Origin: Octopus sinensis | Lineage: Eukaryota | Reading direction: 5' to 3' | DNA: 64,000 nucleotides | NCBI RefSeq assembly: GCF_006345805.1 | Contig: NC_043006.1 | Location: 8,804,001-8,868,000 of the forward strand | In this document: piece by piece, positions 40,121-54,454 of the stretch | How the letters are laid out: each line of letters opens with the position of its first letter | Position numbering within the stretch: position 1 is the stretch's first letter | Notes under the pieces: generated by a model | Seen by the model: the letters and a program-made list of their open reading frames with translations, nothing else | What the model was told of the DNA's origin: nothing | Databases searched by the model: none | Program-made: the position numbers and the translations under genes

Positions 40121-40521
40121 ACTAGCAGTATCGCCCGGCGTTGCTCAGGTTTGTAAGGGAAATAACTATAAAGCATTTTTAGAGAGTTATAGCCAAAAAA
40201 TAGCAACAAAATGGATAAAAATGATGGTAATTTTTTTTTTTGAGATTTAAAAAAGGTGGAGTTGCGTCCCCTAGACAGTTTATGGTTTGTGTTTCTGATT
40301 CTCGACCCCATGTCGAATTTATCGATTTTTTTCAGAACTGGGGGAACTTTTCAAAATTTTCGCTGCGTTAGTTTTGAATTATGACATTGGGCTATGTGTG
40401 TCAAGTGTCATCAGAATCGGTTGAATCAGAATCGGTTGAAAGCAGTGGTCAGGGTGAGGGTACAACCAAACAGACACACAGAAACACACACAGACAAACT
40501 GCCGTTTATATAGAGAGAGAT
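40121..40521 (+). mobile_element. Non-autonomous Helitron/Helentron-type element
   Basis: Starts ACTAGCAGTATCGCCCGGCGTTGCT and ends with a (CAGA/CACA)n tract and CTGCCGTTTATATAGAGAGAGAT, as in Lep1/DINE-like rolling-circle elements (pattern knowledge). Confidence 0.55.
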
Positions 40522-42054
40522 TATAGACTGTTAATAATAAAAGAAAAAAATATATGAGAAATATATTCATGTAGACAAACGTGCTCAGAAGAAAGGGATT
40601 TAATGAAGACACACCTGACGGTATTTAACAATTGGTATCGCAATCGTAACTGAAGGATTATCGACTGGCTGACTATATTGGTCACTGCAAGTTTTTACTT
40701 CAATGCATTTTTGCTTCAACACTTGATGCTGTATATTTACCAGATACACTGAAATAATATCGGAGGTTTAGCAATCTGACGCCTAAGAGAATTGCATGCA
40801 TAGTAACAGCATTTCATTAATATCAATAGCTCCTTCGAAGAAGGTTTTACATCTTTACCAATTGTCTGATGTTTCATTCAGAGTAAGATATCGATAAATG
40901 ATTATGATTTTACAGAGGAATATCTTTATTTAGTAGGTGATTAAGCTTTCATTCAGTAACGACAAGATCAACACCTGCTAGAGATGATATTGATGTAAAG
41001 GGTTTCGTATCTATTGAAGATGTAGTTTTTAAATCTTCTTGTCTTGGGAACAGCTGCTACGACACATAAATACGTAATTCATCTTAAATTTCTTCAAAAA
41101 TCTATAGAAACTATATAGTTGACTAGTTAACGCAAATAATGGTGTACTTGTAAATGCATGCATTTATATATACATATTCTCTATATATGTATAATATCGT
41201 ATTTGCACAGAACTATATCCATGTCCATATAGATAAAAGATGCATTCATGACGAGTATATATATATTATATATATACATGCACACATACACACACACACA
41301 AATGTCCATAGATATGAATAATGTATATGCGTACGTATTTATATATTTGTATGTGTATATTTATATATATATATGCATAAGTACTGCTAGATGACGTGGA
41401 GAAGAGAAAATTAGTGACAATGCGAGTTACGGTAAGTGTTGCGAAAAGAGAGTAGAAAACTATGTAAGGAAAAAAAGAGGTTTTAGATTTTTAACGGAAG
41501 CAAGAAAGATTATTGATTTCATTGATTAATTGCCTTGCATGTTTGGTCATGCTGCCCTTCAGTGACAGATGCTTGCTCTATTCACAAACAAAAGCACGCT
41601 AGTAAGTATTTTCAAATTCCGAATAAATTGTCATTTGTTTCAGTTGTAATAAACAAAGAACCGTTATAAATTACGGAGAAAAAAACCTTATTTAAACACA
41701 ATATGTATTTTACTGCAATGTCGGATCTCCGGTAATGTTGCTAGTCGTTCACGCAAATAATAATAATTTGCAAATTAGGTCTCTTCTGACTTAACTTGTA
41801 TGTGGTGGTGAATTCCACAGGCATTTACCCCCTGAGGTAATTGTCAGGCAAGTGGGCATGGAACAGGTTGTGCCAGGCGTGTAAATATTTGATTCCATAT
41901 ACATTTCCCATGATTCGACAGTTTCAGACTTAATCAATGGTTCTGCTCCTAGCAATGGAAAATACAATTTGATCATGATGCAGTGCGTTTGGATCTGGGG
42001 CCAAGTGTATGAAAAAACAAACCATTTTGCCTAAGGCATACGGCAGCCGTGGGC

Positions 42055-42258
42055 CTCCTGAAATGAGTTGCGACGTCACTGGTTCAAAGCTGTATCGGCC
42101 TCTCATTTTCCCTTCGATAACGACAGTGACGTGGAGACGAAGGCTGGTATGCATGGGTGACTGCTGGTCTTCCATAAACAACCTTACCCGGACTTGTGCC
42201 TCGGAGGGTAACTCTCTAGATGCAGTCCCATGATCATTCATGACCGAAGGGGGGCACC
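42055..42258 (+). mobile_element. SINE family C body and 3' end
   Basis: Aligns with 2250-2453. Confidence 0.75.
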
Positions 42259-42705
42259 TTTATATATATATATATATATATACCCGTGCACCAGTATTTC
42301 ACGTGGCCCATGATTTTCATTTAATTTTTATTATGATTATATATTTTGTATTGGTCATACCTCATATAATTTAAATCCTTCTGGCCCCTATTTATTATCT
42401 TAAAATTTAATTATTTTATTCTCCGGTTTTGGGGACATTGCTTTCCCTTTAGAGCCTCTTCTCCTTTTCCATCACTTCAGGTTTTTTGGGGATTCTATGT
42501 GTATCTCATTCCCCTTACCAAAACACACTTACAGCAAAAATATCCTCATCATTTAATTCTGGACATTTGTATACTTAACTCTTAGCGCAGACTAAAGTCG
42601 TTGGGTGGTAAATTTAACAACGGTTCTGTCCTTACTGGCTGACCAAACTCCAGCATATATGACTAGATAAAACGTATTACTATATACAGTCCTGACAAGT
42701 GTATA

Positions 42706-42830
42706 TTCTTCTTCTTCTTCTTCTCTTCTTCTTCTTCTTCTTCTTCTTCTTCTTCTTCTTCTTCTTCTTCTTCTTCTTCTTCTTCTTCTTCTTTTTCTTC
42801 TTCTTTCTTCTTCTTTCTTTCTTTTCTTCT
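42706..42830. repeat. (TTC)n microsatellite
   Basis: Directly visible. Confidence 0.95.
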
Positions 42831-43024
42831 TGTTCCTTTCTTTTCTTCTTCATTTTCTTCTCTTCCTTCCTCTTCTCTTTCTTGTTCACTCTCCTCTTCT
42901 CTGATCGTTTTGCATTCTCCCTCCTCGTGTTTTCTTAATAAGCATAATATCTATAAGTACGTATATTTATGTATGTATGTGTTGTGTTCTCCCAGAAATG
43001 TTAAAAAATATATATATATACATA

Positions 43025-43079
<55 letters not shown>

Positions 43080-44344
43080 ATATATACATGCATATATATA
43101 TATATATAAATATATATATCTGTGTGTATGTATGTATGTCATTACTCAGTTTATTTCAAGACTTCATGCCAATAGATAAAGAACCGGTTTCTAACCTAGA
43201 TCCAAAACGGCTTCATTGGAATTTCAACATCAACAACAGTATATTTTCGTTTGTATGTATGTATGCATTCATGTATGTATATGTATACAGGCATAGAGAG
43301 AAAAAGGAATAGCAAGAGTGTCATTTTGCGTATATAGTCTTGAAAGTGAAAAACCATTCTGTCATAATAAGTGTGTCAACTGTGCAAAAAGCTACAAATG
43401 TGATTATCTAGATCGAAATTTTGAAAGCGTTTCCTATCGTTATATTAAGAATCAGAAAGAGAATATCTTCCAATTAGGTAGCATAAAAAATAAATTCTTA
43501 CGTTATATCACATGAGCAATTGAGAGATAGTTGTAAATCCTTCTTGAAATCTACAGTTTTAATTGACGAGTAAAATTCAGATGTTATTAGATATTCAGAT
43601 TGACAGGTGTTAAGCACTTTCATAGAAAAAAGTTCTTACTATTTAGCGGAATTTCTTTCAGAATTTGATATCTCCTACATCAAAGACGCAAACGAAATTA
43701 ATTGTAGAAACCATAGCCATAACTTTAATAAGAAAAAAATGAAACGAAAAACATTCTTCGATTTTTAATGTAAGCAAAAGGAAGCAAGTGCTTAAAGATA
43801 TTTTATTTCATAACAGTGTCACTAATGTGAATTTGGTATTTATTTACCAACTACAAATAACGAAACGCTACATTTTATCCTGTTTTAGTATATGAAATCT
43901 GTATGTGAAGTGGCGTAACTGAATGCAAGGGAAACTTGTATGCCACTCTAATAGAAAAATGGGACTCCTAATCGACATTTTAAGCCAAGCAGAAATATAA
44001 GACAAAATAGAGGTATGCAACAAACTTCAAATTTAAATAACTCAAAAGTGGGGCCAGAAAATAGAAAATCCCTACAATTATAAAAGCATAAAGGTATGAT
44101 TCAAAACATGCAGATAAATATATAACCAAAGCAGCAGTAGTTATGAATGTATATAGACTACAGCAGTGCTTGGGGCATTAATCGGATAATATAAGCTGTT
44201 GTACTGCTAAGTAGAGTATGTCATACGTAGACTCCTTTTAATAAAGCCCCAAAAAATCACCAAAACAAACCACAAATAAAAACTTGGTGTTGCAGTAGAA
44301 GTTCGGATTAAATATAGGATTACATAATAATAATAATAATAATA

Positions 44345-44425
<81 letters not shown>

Positions 44426-44447
44426 TATTATATTAACAATAATAATA

Positions 44448-44800
44448 ATACCAGTAGATGATAACGTTTCTCTAAAAGAAATGGAGAAACTTTCAAAATA
44501 CAAAAACCTGGAAATAGAAGTAAATCGAATATGGAATCTAAAACAGAAACAATTCCTATCATACTAGGCGCATTAGTTATGATAAAACATATTCATACAA
44601 ATATATAACAAAAGCACCAGGACTTAAAAACACATATAACATACAGAACATTGCACTACTGGACACTGCCCACATCCTACGCAGAACACTTTCAATAGAG
44701 TAACCATAAGAGCATCACAACAAATCACAGCACATACCCAAGGCACACAGAGCTGCGCTCGGTAGTGAAGTGAAAGCACGCTATAAAAATAAAACTACTG
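44448..44800 (+). mobile_element. R4/Dong 3' end (same family as 33.2-34.8 kb) in (AAT)n
   Basis: Near-identical to 34460-34815, including the 3'UTR ending AAAACTACTG-(AAT)n. Confidence 0.9.
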
Positions 44801-44822
44801 AATAATAATAATAACAATAATA

Positions 44823-46445
44823 ATGGATGTAGATACAACTATTACGGCAAAAAACAGCCACCTTTTATAATGGATGATCTAAAACTGTATGATACAAATG
44901 ATAAACAGTTAGAAACGCTACTACAGACAGTACATGGATTTACCAAAGAAATAATCATGAAAAACTTGGCTGGGAAAAGTGTGCCAAAGCAACCTTGAAA
45001 TGAAGAAAATTAGTTAAGAGTAGCAACAGCAGACTAGATAAAGCAAATGAAATGAGAATTAGACCAAAGTCAGACTTTCAAATACTTAGGAATCAAGGAA
45101 CTAGATACAATAAAATATACACAAATGAAAGAAAAGATAAGAAAAAAATGCTATAGACGATTTAGATTAATATCGAAAGCAGCTCAATGCGAGGAGCAAG
45201 GTAATAGGTATCAGTTCTCTAGCCGTCCCAATTATAATTTACAGCTACAATATTTTAACTGGACTCTAAATAAGCGAATCAAAATAAACAAGAATACAAG
45301 AAAAATGATGACAGTATTTAGGATGCGCCATCCAAAGTCTGACAGAAAGGTTATATACACAACGTATATATACAACAAGGCGGTGAGCTGGCAGAAACGG
45401 TAGGGCGCCGGGCAAAATGCTTAGCGGTATTTCGTCTGTCGTTACGTTGTGAGTTCAAATTCCGCCGAGGGAGGTCGACTTTGCCTTTCATCCTTTCGGG
45501 GTCGATAAATTAAGTACCAGTTACGCACTGGTGTCGATGTAATCGACTTAATCCGTTTGTCTGTCCTTGTTTGTCTCCTCTATGTTTAGCCCCTTGTGGG
45601 TAGTAAAGAAATATATATACACAACGTATGAAAGGTGGAAAACTATTACGAAATAACCATCATAGAACTATCGAAATACCATGAGAAGCATGCTAAACTA
45701 ATACAAATGGCCACAAAACACGAACAAAGCAACACAAAACTGTTTTCAGTTTTTAATGAAGCTGAAAAAAACTAAAAAGTAATCATAGTATCCAACAACC
45801 ATGAAGAAACGGAAGGAACAACAAAATCTCTAAAACAACTAAAACTGGAACGGCAATTGATCCTTATAAAATGATAGCAAGAAAATCCCGTTCATAGCAA
45901 ATACTTGCTAAATTAAACAGAAAAGAAACAGAGAGGAGTGGCTGAGTGGTAAGTAGCTTGCTAACCAACCACATGGTTCCGGGTTCAGTCCCACTGCGTG
46001 GCATCTTGGGCAAGTGTTTTCTGCTATAGCCCCAGGCCGACCAATGCCTTGTGAGTGGATTTGGTAGACGGAAATTGAAAGAAGCCTGTCGTATATATTT
46101 ATATATATATAAGTGTGTGTATATATGTTTCTGTGTCTGTGTTTGTCCTCCCAGCATTGCTTGACAACCGATGCTGGTGTGTTTACGCCCCCGTCGCTTA
46201 GCGGTTCGGCACTTAGCGGTTCGGCAAAAGAGACCGATAGAATAAGTACTTGGCTTACAAAGAATAAGTCCCGGGGTCGATTTACTCGACTAAAGGCGGT
46301 GTTCCAGCATGACCGCAGTTAAATGACCGAAACAAGTAAAAGAGTAGACAAGGCAAAATCCCAACAATGGCACAGAAGCTCAGGACTCAAAACAGGGACT
46401 AAAGAATTTTCAATTGCAGCACAAGACCAAAGCCTCCCCACCAAA
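44823..46445 (+). mobile_element. Decayed R4/Dong internal fragment with two nested SINEs
   Basis: HLL..MDDLKLY motif and collinearity with 33183-34100. SINE B at 45377-45613 (16-bp TSD TATATACACAACGTAT, 45352/45614). SINE A at 45933-46345. Confidence 0.85.
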
Positions 46446-48828
46446 ATCTACTTCATTTTGGTTAATGTAGAAAGGATTGAGGTAACTCCTCCTGAAGATA
46501 TAGAGTCAAAATTAAAAGAAGAGTGACATTGTTATATAGTGAACGATATTTCGACATCTTGTGTGTCTTCAACTGGTTACAAAATTTATTTTGTCAATCT
46601 ACTTCATTTTGCTTGCAGTTTTATTTGATCCCATATTTGCAAGATAATAAAACGTACAGCGATTTTCTATTTGAGCAGTCTTTTTTTTATCCAGATGGAC
46701 TTCTTATTAGCTCATACCAGTAAATTGTGGACACCTTAAATGAGATTTTTCTGTGGGTATTGTATGTTTCGATTTCAGTCATAATGCATGCACAACAATA
46801 TGGAACGAACCTCCGAACACAAATTCGCTTCCAGTCTATTGAATCAGCTATGGCCAATCAGTAACGTAAATATTACAGGAAATTAAATGTTATCAGATAG
46901 CATGCCGTCAGTGATAGACCGAACACTATAACAGCAAATAAAATGTGATCAAGTTGCTAAACCTTATTTTTTCCTTTAATATTTGACGCTTCGCCGGCTA
47001 ATGCAAAGATATTTGATCCTGTGCACTTGATTAGTCACAGCATTGTAAGAGAATTCTCTATCCAAACTTCAAGCACTTGTTCTCTGTCCTTACACTATAA
47101 TTTACGTTCAATATGCATTAATCGATGGCATACCTCCCGCAGATTAATAGCAGATTAATGGCTATATCGATACACCGGCAGCAACGGTTGCAAAATACTT
47201 CGATCTTCTCTGCATTATGTCATCTTGTCTTTGTATCCTTGCAACAGCGTCTTGTGATGGGAAAAATGTGAATTGAAGTATATAAGGATAGGAATAGACA
47301 CGACATATGGTCACACAATCAAAAACCAGTCGATATACGTAAAATCACTAGACCTGACAAATATATCAAAACACCACACGTATAAACACACGTTCTATTT
47401 GTATATATCTATCTATCTATCTTTCTATCTATCTCTCTATCTATCTTTCTGACGTACTTACTAGATACATAGATAGACAGATAAATATACAAACAGACAG
47501 GCATACAGATAGATAGCTAGATTGATAAATAGACGGACATACAGACAGACAGATAGATAGAAAGAAAGATAGAAACGTTGATAGATAGATGATAGAACGG
47601 AAGATATATAGTTATATATATTGTGCATGTGTTTATAGACATACATGTGCGTACATATATATACTCATGTACACGAAATTGGCAAATGCCTGCATATATA
47701 TATTATATTATATATATATATATATATATATTAATATATATATATCTCCATGTGTATACACATGTGCGCGTTTGCTTTGTGTATGCTTGTTAATTATATA
47801 TATGTGTATTCGTGAATGTATATATTTATGTGTGTGTTTGTGAGTGTTTGTGAGTGTTTGTGTGTGTGTTTCTGAGTGTCTGTGTGTGTGCGCCCGTGCA
47901 CATATGTCGATGCTTTACACTTTAGGTAAGATGTCCATTTTCATTCATATAAATCAATAGTCTGTATGATTCTTCCACCTATATTTGCTTGATGCATAAT
48001 ATAGTTGGATGTAGAAGAAACAATTCTTAATTTTTTTCATGAAACAAAATTGGAATTATATGCAAAAAACAAAACGGATTGAGAGATAAGTTGGATTAGG
48101 ACGAACTGGAAAAATAGGAAAAATAGTTTTATTTATTTAATATTCTTTCCTAATAGTGCTACAGTTGTTTGTGTCATTGTGTAGTTACCGGCTTTGTGGA
48201 TACTGAATCGATACGAATGGCAGGGAATGGTGTAGTTAGATGCAGTTAAATGTATGAAATATAAAGGAGAAAGTTCAGAGATGTAGAGAGTTTAGACAAC
48301 AGCACATATAGCCAGAAAGCATAAATAAGAAATAATTTGGCATAGATTCAGACTTGAGAAATTTAGGAAAGGGTTAAATGATCGAGATGAGGGAAAGAAA
48401 AGTGAGATATATATTGAGTGTTTCAATAAAAGAAATAATAAGGGCGTGGAACAGTGGGATAGAATGAAGGGCCCTATACAGATGTGGTGAAGGGAATCCT
48501 TCGAATACGAGCGAATAAGTTAATAAACCAATAGAAATTTGAATACGGATTGGGTAGCCGAGTAAATATTTATAAATAAAGAATCACACAAATTAGTATT
48601 TATTTTACCCAGAAAAGCACACAGAAATTCAGACAACAGACACACACGCACACACACACTCACCGCAGGCATGCACACACACACACAAATGCATACACAT
48701 ACACACACACGTACGTATACATATATAAATATATACATATATATGTATGTGCGTCCGTGTGTGGATGTGTGTATCGGCAAACAACATGAAACAACTTTCA
48801 TTTCATATTATATATAACTACATATTAG

Positions 48829-48920
<92 letters not shown>

Positions 48921-48921
<1 letters not shown>

Positions 48922-49640
48922 ATTGGGTCATCACGTAACTAACGCTGTAACTACATCCTAGAAGATGAGCCACGTTCTCGAAGATCTGTAGAGTTCGAGA
49001 CGACATCCTGCAAACCCTGGTAGAACAAAATTCCATCGTCGTAACTTTTCAGGAACTTGCAGAAAAGCTCGTATTTCGTCCTTCAACCATTCATTTATAA
49101 ATGCGTTCCATTGGAGCAGTCAGCATAATGAGTCAATGAGATCCTCACAAACTTTCTGTGTCTAATTGCGTGCAGAGGGTGAATATTTGAAATTCTTTGT
49201 TGTCACGTTTCACCAAGGAAAGTTTTGGGGACTGAATATTGACTGGTGACGAGAAATGTGTTCTCTATGAAAATTTCAACTGCCGAATACAGAGGGTAGG
49301 GAAAAGTAGAAAAAACCGGTGCCCCAGGCTAAAGGTCTTCATCCACGTAAGACGTTTTTATCTGTTTGGTGGGATACGAAATATTTTGAGCTTTTACCCC
49401 CCCCTAAAAAAAAAAAAACAATAATAAAGGAGGTCTACTGCGAGCAGCTTGAGAGTATTTCAGTAGCGCTAGAAGAAATATGACATTCTTTGGTTTCAAC
49501 ACGAAAGTTTCTTTTTTTTTTTTCATTAGGATAAAGCTCGGCCACATATAGCGAGGATGATATTCCAATAGCTGGAGCAGTTTAAATGAGAAACGATACC
49601 CCAGCCAGCAATTAGTCTCGTTCATACTTTATGTTTAAAT
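48921..49640 (+). mobile_element. Decayed Tc1/mariner transposon
   Basis: TGDEKCVLYEN, HP.K...VWWD and QRV-like helix remnants of a mariner transposase. Begins TATTGGGTCATC after (TA)n. Confidence 0.65.
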
Positions 49641-49802
49641 TTCTGTAATATGGAATTTTTTTATCACCTCTTATTTTGAATTTGACAAAGACAGACGTAC
49701 TGTTGAAATATCGTTCAACTAATAAAATATCTCACAATCGAATCGCGCTCTTAGTCTTGACTGTTTAACTTTGTGAAGAGTTACGTCAATCCTTTTAAAC
49801 AT

Positions 49803-49826
49803 ATTACTATTATTATTATATTATTA

Positions 49827-49875
<49 letters not shown>

Positions 49876-49982
49876 TTTATTATTTTTATTATCATTATTA
49901 TTATTATTATTATTATTATTGTTGTTGTTGTTGTTGTTGTTATTATTACTATTATTATTATATTTTTATATTATTATTATTA

Positions 49983-50033
<51 letters not shown>
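49803..50033. repeat. (TAT)n/(TGT)n microsatellite
   Basis: Directly visible. Confidence 0.95.
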
Positions 50034-50034
<1 letters not shown>

Positions 50035-51655
50035 TTTCGCTGCTCTGACCTGTCAGCAGCTGAAAACACAGAAACACTAATACAACCCAGCAGGACAACT
50101 GAAAAACATCTCTAAAAGACTGGAATATCTACAGTTTCTCGTGAGTATTTTGAATTTCTCTCAAAATGAGTTTCACATAAAGATCAGCTTTAGAACCTAC
50201 CGTAAGGCGTACGATATGATCTCAGATTCTTGGATTATGGAGACTATGAACCTATTTAGTATTGCATCGAATGTTGAGCGATTGCTTGGAAAAAGTATGA
50301 CGAATTGGAGGACGGTCCTGACAGCATACGGAAGAAGTTTAGGGACAGTAGAAATTAGGAGGGGCAACTTCCAAGGGTACTGTTTATCCGCACTGATCTT
50401 TGTACTGTGCTTGATACCACAAACTCTGTTTCTGTGGAAAGCAAAAGCTGGGTATTTATTCAAGAGCTGCCAACAAAAAATCAACCATTTGTTATTCATG
50501 GATGACTTCAAACTGTATGGTAAAAATGAAGCCCATGTCAGTTGATGCAGTGTATACCTTCAGTGCTGATATCAGATTGGAGTACGGACTGACAAAATAT
50601 GGTGTGTTAGTATTGAAGAGAGGCAAAATCAAGTGTATGGATTAGCTTAAGATACGACCGGGAGAGGTTATGAAGCAGATAGAAGAGACGAGCTATAAGT
50701 ATTTGAGAAATTTGGAACTGGATAAATTGATGGATAAAGAAATGACAAAAATTTAAATTGGAGTACTTGCGCAGAATGAGATTGATTCTTAAGTCGAAAT
50801 TAAATGGACGGAATAAGATCGAAGCTGTCAACACCTGAACAGTTTAACTCTTTCGATATGGAGCAGGGGTAATTGCATGGACAGTAGTCGAACTAAACAG
50901 CTTAGACAGAAATACAAGGAAGCTGCTAACTAGATATGGGTCACTCCATCCAAAAAGTGAGTCAGACAGACTGTACGTACCAATAAAAAGAGGGGGAAGA
51001 GGACTTATTCGATGCAAACATAGCATTAGAACAGAAGCAAACAACATAGCATGCTATGCAAAAAATGCCACGGAACCGATATTATTGTAAGAAAGTTAGG
51101 TTTATGTACGATGAAAGGTTGCAAAGATAAAGCACTATACAAGAAAGTGAAAACGAATGAAACTGAAAATGTGGGTAACGAAAAGAATGCATGGGCAAAT
51201 GCATAGGGATGTTGAAGATAAATCAGACAGAGACAAAAGATAGCTGTGGATGACTAAAAGTGATTTAAAACTTTAAACGGGGAGTCTAATCTATGCTGCC
51301 CAAGAGCAAGCACTAAGGACAACCTACATAAAATACAGAATAGACAACACAGCAGAAAGTGATGAGTGCAGAATCTGTGGACAAAACGTGAAACCGTATA
51401 GCATAATACCAGCCAATGTACGCCAGTATCCCAGAAGGAATATAAGAGACGCCACGAAAATATAGCCAGGCTTGCCTGTTGGACACTTTGCAACAAGTAT
51501 GGACAGGATTGTGCAAAAGATTTGTAGGACCACAAACTTGAAGGCATAATCGAAAATAGAAATACAAAGATCCTATGGGATTCTATGATTCAGTCCAACC
51601 ATGAGGTAGAGAATAGGAAGCCAGGCGTAGTCTTCATTGAGAAATAAACGAAATT
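50034..51655 (+). mobile_element. Second R4/Dong-like family: decayed RT-to-REL body (+) with putative inverted 3' end (50034-50190, -)
   Basis: YRKAYDM..SWI, FQG..LS.L.FVL, INHLLFMDD.KLY, HPKSE.DRLY...GGRG, AAQEQAL, CRICG..E, RH.NIA. Confidence 0.8.
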
Positions 51656-53153
51656 AGGCTTGAACTATACGGAAAAGTAACGTTTATCGCCACATTAGTA
51701 TGGCCGCTCGACGTTACTATCGTCCTAAACACCAGGCAGAGCCTTCTTCAACTCCTTATCGATGCAATCTGCGCCCGGCGTGTATTGCAAATAGGGAAGC
51801 GAACGGCTACCGTATTCTAGCGGACAACAGTATCACGGGATAAGTAATAGAATTTGGGAATTCCTAGAAAATCTATATATGGTACTATATAGGTAGTGAA
51901 TCTTTGAAAGCAGTAACAAAATGCACGAAGATTCAATGATGATGCTTATATGGTAGAAATGTAAAAATATCTACAAATGTTTATTGTAAAGAGTCTTCAA
52001 AACATTAAATTCAACTTTTTTTACGTGGCTCGTTGTGTTAAGCGAAATTCCGTTTGGATTTCATTGGTATACCTTTACATTTGTTAGCTTTAACCAGAAT
52101 ATTTTATGCTACAAACTAACTTAATACTGTTTTTTTTTTTCATCTGAAGCATTCTCTTTTGTACACACAATATCAGTTTTGGAGATTTCTTTTTTTTTTT
52201 TTTTTGAACGTAAAATACACATTATGCAAATGAAACTATCTGCTAAAGATGCATATGAATACTTTTGATTGTTAATGCTAAAAGCTTTGAAGACGTGTAT
52301 AAAATAAGCGGCAGAAAAATGCTGAATATTTAGAGAGGTAGAAACAGACGTAGAACAGCGAGTGAGAGAGAGGGTTGGGAGAGATAGACATAGAAAGAGA
52401 TAGAGAGAGAGAGAAATAGATAGAGTATTACGTTTACTGTGGGAAATACGAAGTCGTTCCAGAATAAAAAGTAAAAACGTCGAGTGTTTTATTCTCCAAA
52501 TGAAAATATTTTTCATTAAAATAATCAATATTGATACTGAATTATATAGGTCTCTTCCTTTGCAATATTCATAATTATTTGAACTAAATTAAAGGGTATC
52601 TCTCTCATCTGATGTAAAGATAATCTCTTTAGAATCTGTAATGATGAAATGGCTGCAAGGATTTGACATACTAATGTGTATTTCCATGTCAGCAAAGACG
52701 AAATTTCCAGCAGAGTAGCTTCTTACATTACTAATCTCCACGTGGAATCGACATTTTGATCAGCTGCCTCTGACGACTTCCCCCACTCAGTAAATCATTT
52801 TTGGAATCCTCGATAATATTAATCTGCTGAAGAAATATTATAATATTCTAAAAATAATTCCTTGCGAGAAAATTTCATTGCCAGCAGCAAAAGATTGTTC
52901 GATGTCTGTCGTTGTATATAGTGCTACTACACTACCGCTGTGTGTATAACTTGTTAGAAATAACAGACAAATCAGTCTTAAATATTACTACAAAGTATTA
53001 TCTTTCTAAAAGTTATATAGTATGGTCCTAGGTCTAACACCTGTAAAACGTGCCACCGAAAAAGGCGCGATGATCTCAGCTGTAGACGTCTCATCTTAAC
53101 TCTTGTCGATCATTGACAAAGGAGATTTGACATCAGCAACAGCAGCAACTACA

Positions 53154-53528
53154 GGAGGCGCAACGGCCCAGTGGTTATGACAGCGGAATCGCGGTTTCGA
53201 TTCCCAGACCGGGTGTTGTGTGTGTTTATTGAGCGAAAACACCTAAAGCTCCACGATGCTCTGGCAGGGGGTGGTGGCGACCCCTGTTGTACTCTTTCAC
53301 CCCATATTTCTCTCACTCTTTCTTCCTGTTTCTTGTCCCCGACTTCCTACGCAACCGCTGAGCATGGATTTGCATTCATCCATACGTCGATGCTCTCGGT
53401 GTCGAGGGTTGACGTGCTTTCTCTTCTACGGGTCTTACGAATAGCAAAGGACCACGTTTCGGATTTCTCCCACTACAGAGGCGTGAGCTCTGGGACGAAG
53501 ACCGCTTCGCTCAACAAACAAACAAACA
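53154..53528 (+). mobile_element. tRNA-derived SINE, family D, with (AAAC)n tail and 13-bp TSD
   Basis: CGGCCCAGTGG A-box, GGTTTCGATTCCC B-box, TSD AGCAGCAACTACA at 53141 and 53529. Confidence 0.8.
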
Positions 53529-54293
53529 AGCAGCAACTACAAACATTTCAACAACCTCAGCCACAGCTACTAATTGTTTTAAGTAAACTTTGTTTAGTTG
53601 GCGAAATAAATGAAAGGTTTCCAAACGACGAAATATTAAATAGCACAATAAGTTGATACATAATGCAGTATGTAATAAAACAGCTATGTATTTTGACTCA
53701 GTAGATAAAACGAGGGCTGAATATATATGAAAACTAATGTATGTATAATTTAAGTAATTTTCAAACCTTACTTGAATAGTCATTCTTCCACCACTCACTT
53801 TCGTTTTCTGTTACTTTTTCAAACCTATTCTCTGTTTCTCTGGCCTCTTGCTAAATTACTAATAAGACGAAAGTTAGGTCCCTATTCTTGTATACTCGAT
53901 AACTTTCATTCTAGTTGTGTTGCCCAAGTTAATAAGGGGGATAACACTAGTAGATTTCGTTGGACACTATAATATTATTTTTATTCAAACTTTTCAATCT
54001 CAGCTATATTCAGTCATCTTTTCCTTGATATTAGGCTGCATTTTCTAGTACGTCGGTGAGGTTTTTCGACGACGCGTGGATCTGGACGAAATGCTTCAGG
54101 TCTATAAATCTCCTAACAGAGAGCACCAATACTGTTCTGGTATTTTCCTCATGAAACTTGCTTAATATATAAATGTCCTTTCTTCTTAATCGATGTTGCA
54201 TCGAAACATATGTTGTGCTTATTAAATAACTGTCTCACTGTACGCCTTCTTGCTGACTCCAGTTTATTTAATTATATATATATATGTATATGT

Positions 54294-54336
<43 letters not shown>

Positions 54337-54399
54337 TATATATATACACTCATATGTATAGATTCGCACAGATATATACATATGTATACATACACAAAC

Positions 54400-54454
<55 letters not shown>

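Noticed and set aside
43318-43515. EKPFC..C zinc-finger-like ORF
   Set aside because: No His pair or repeated linker, and no splice support
52560-52830. Protein-like minus-strand frames (CRFHVEISNV...)
   Set aside because: Needs a frameshift, and has no coherent splice sites or family match
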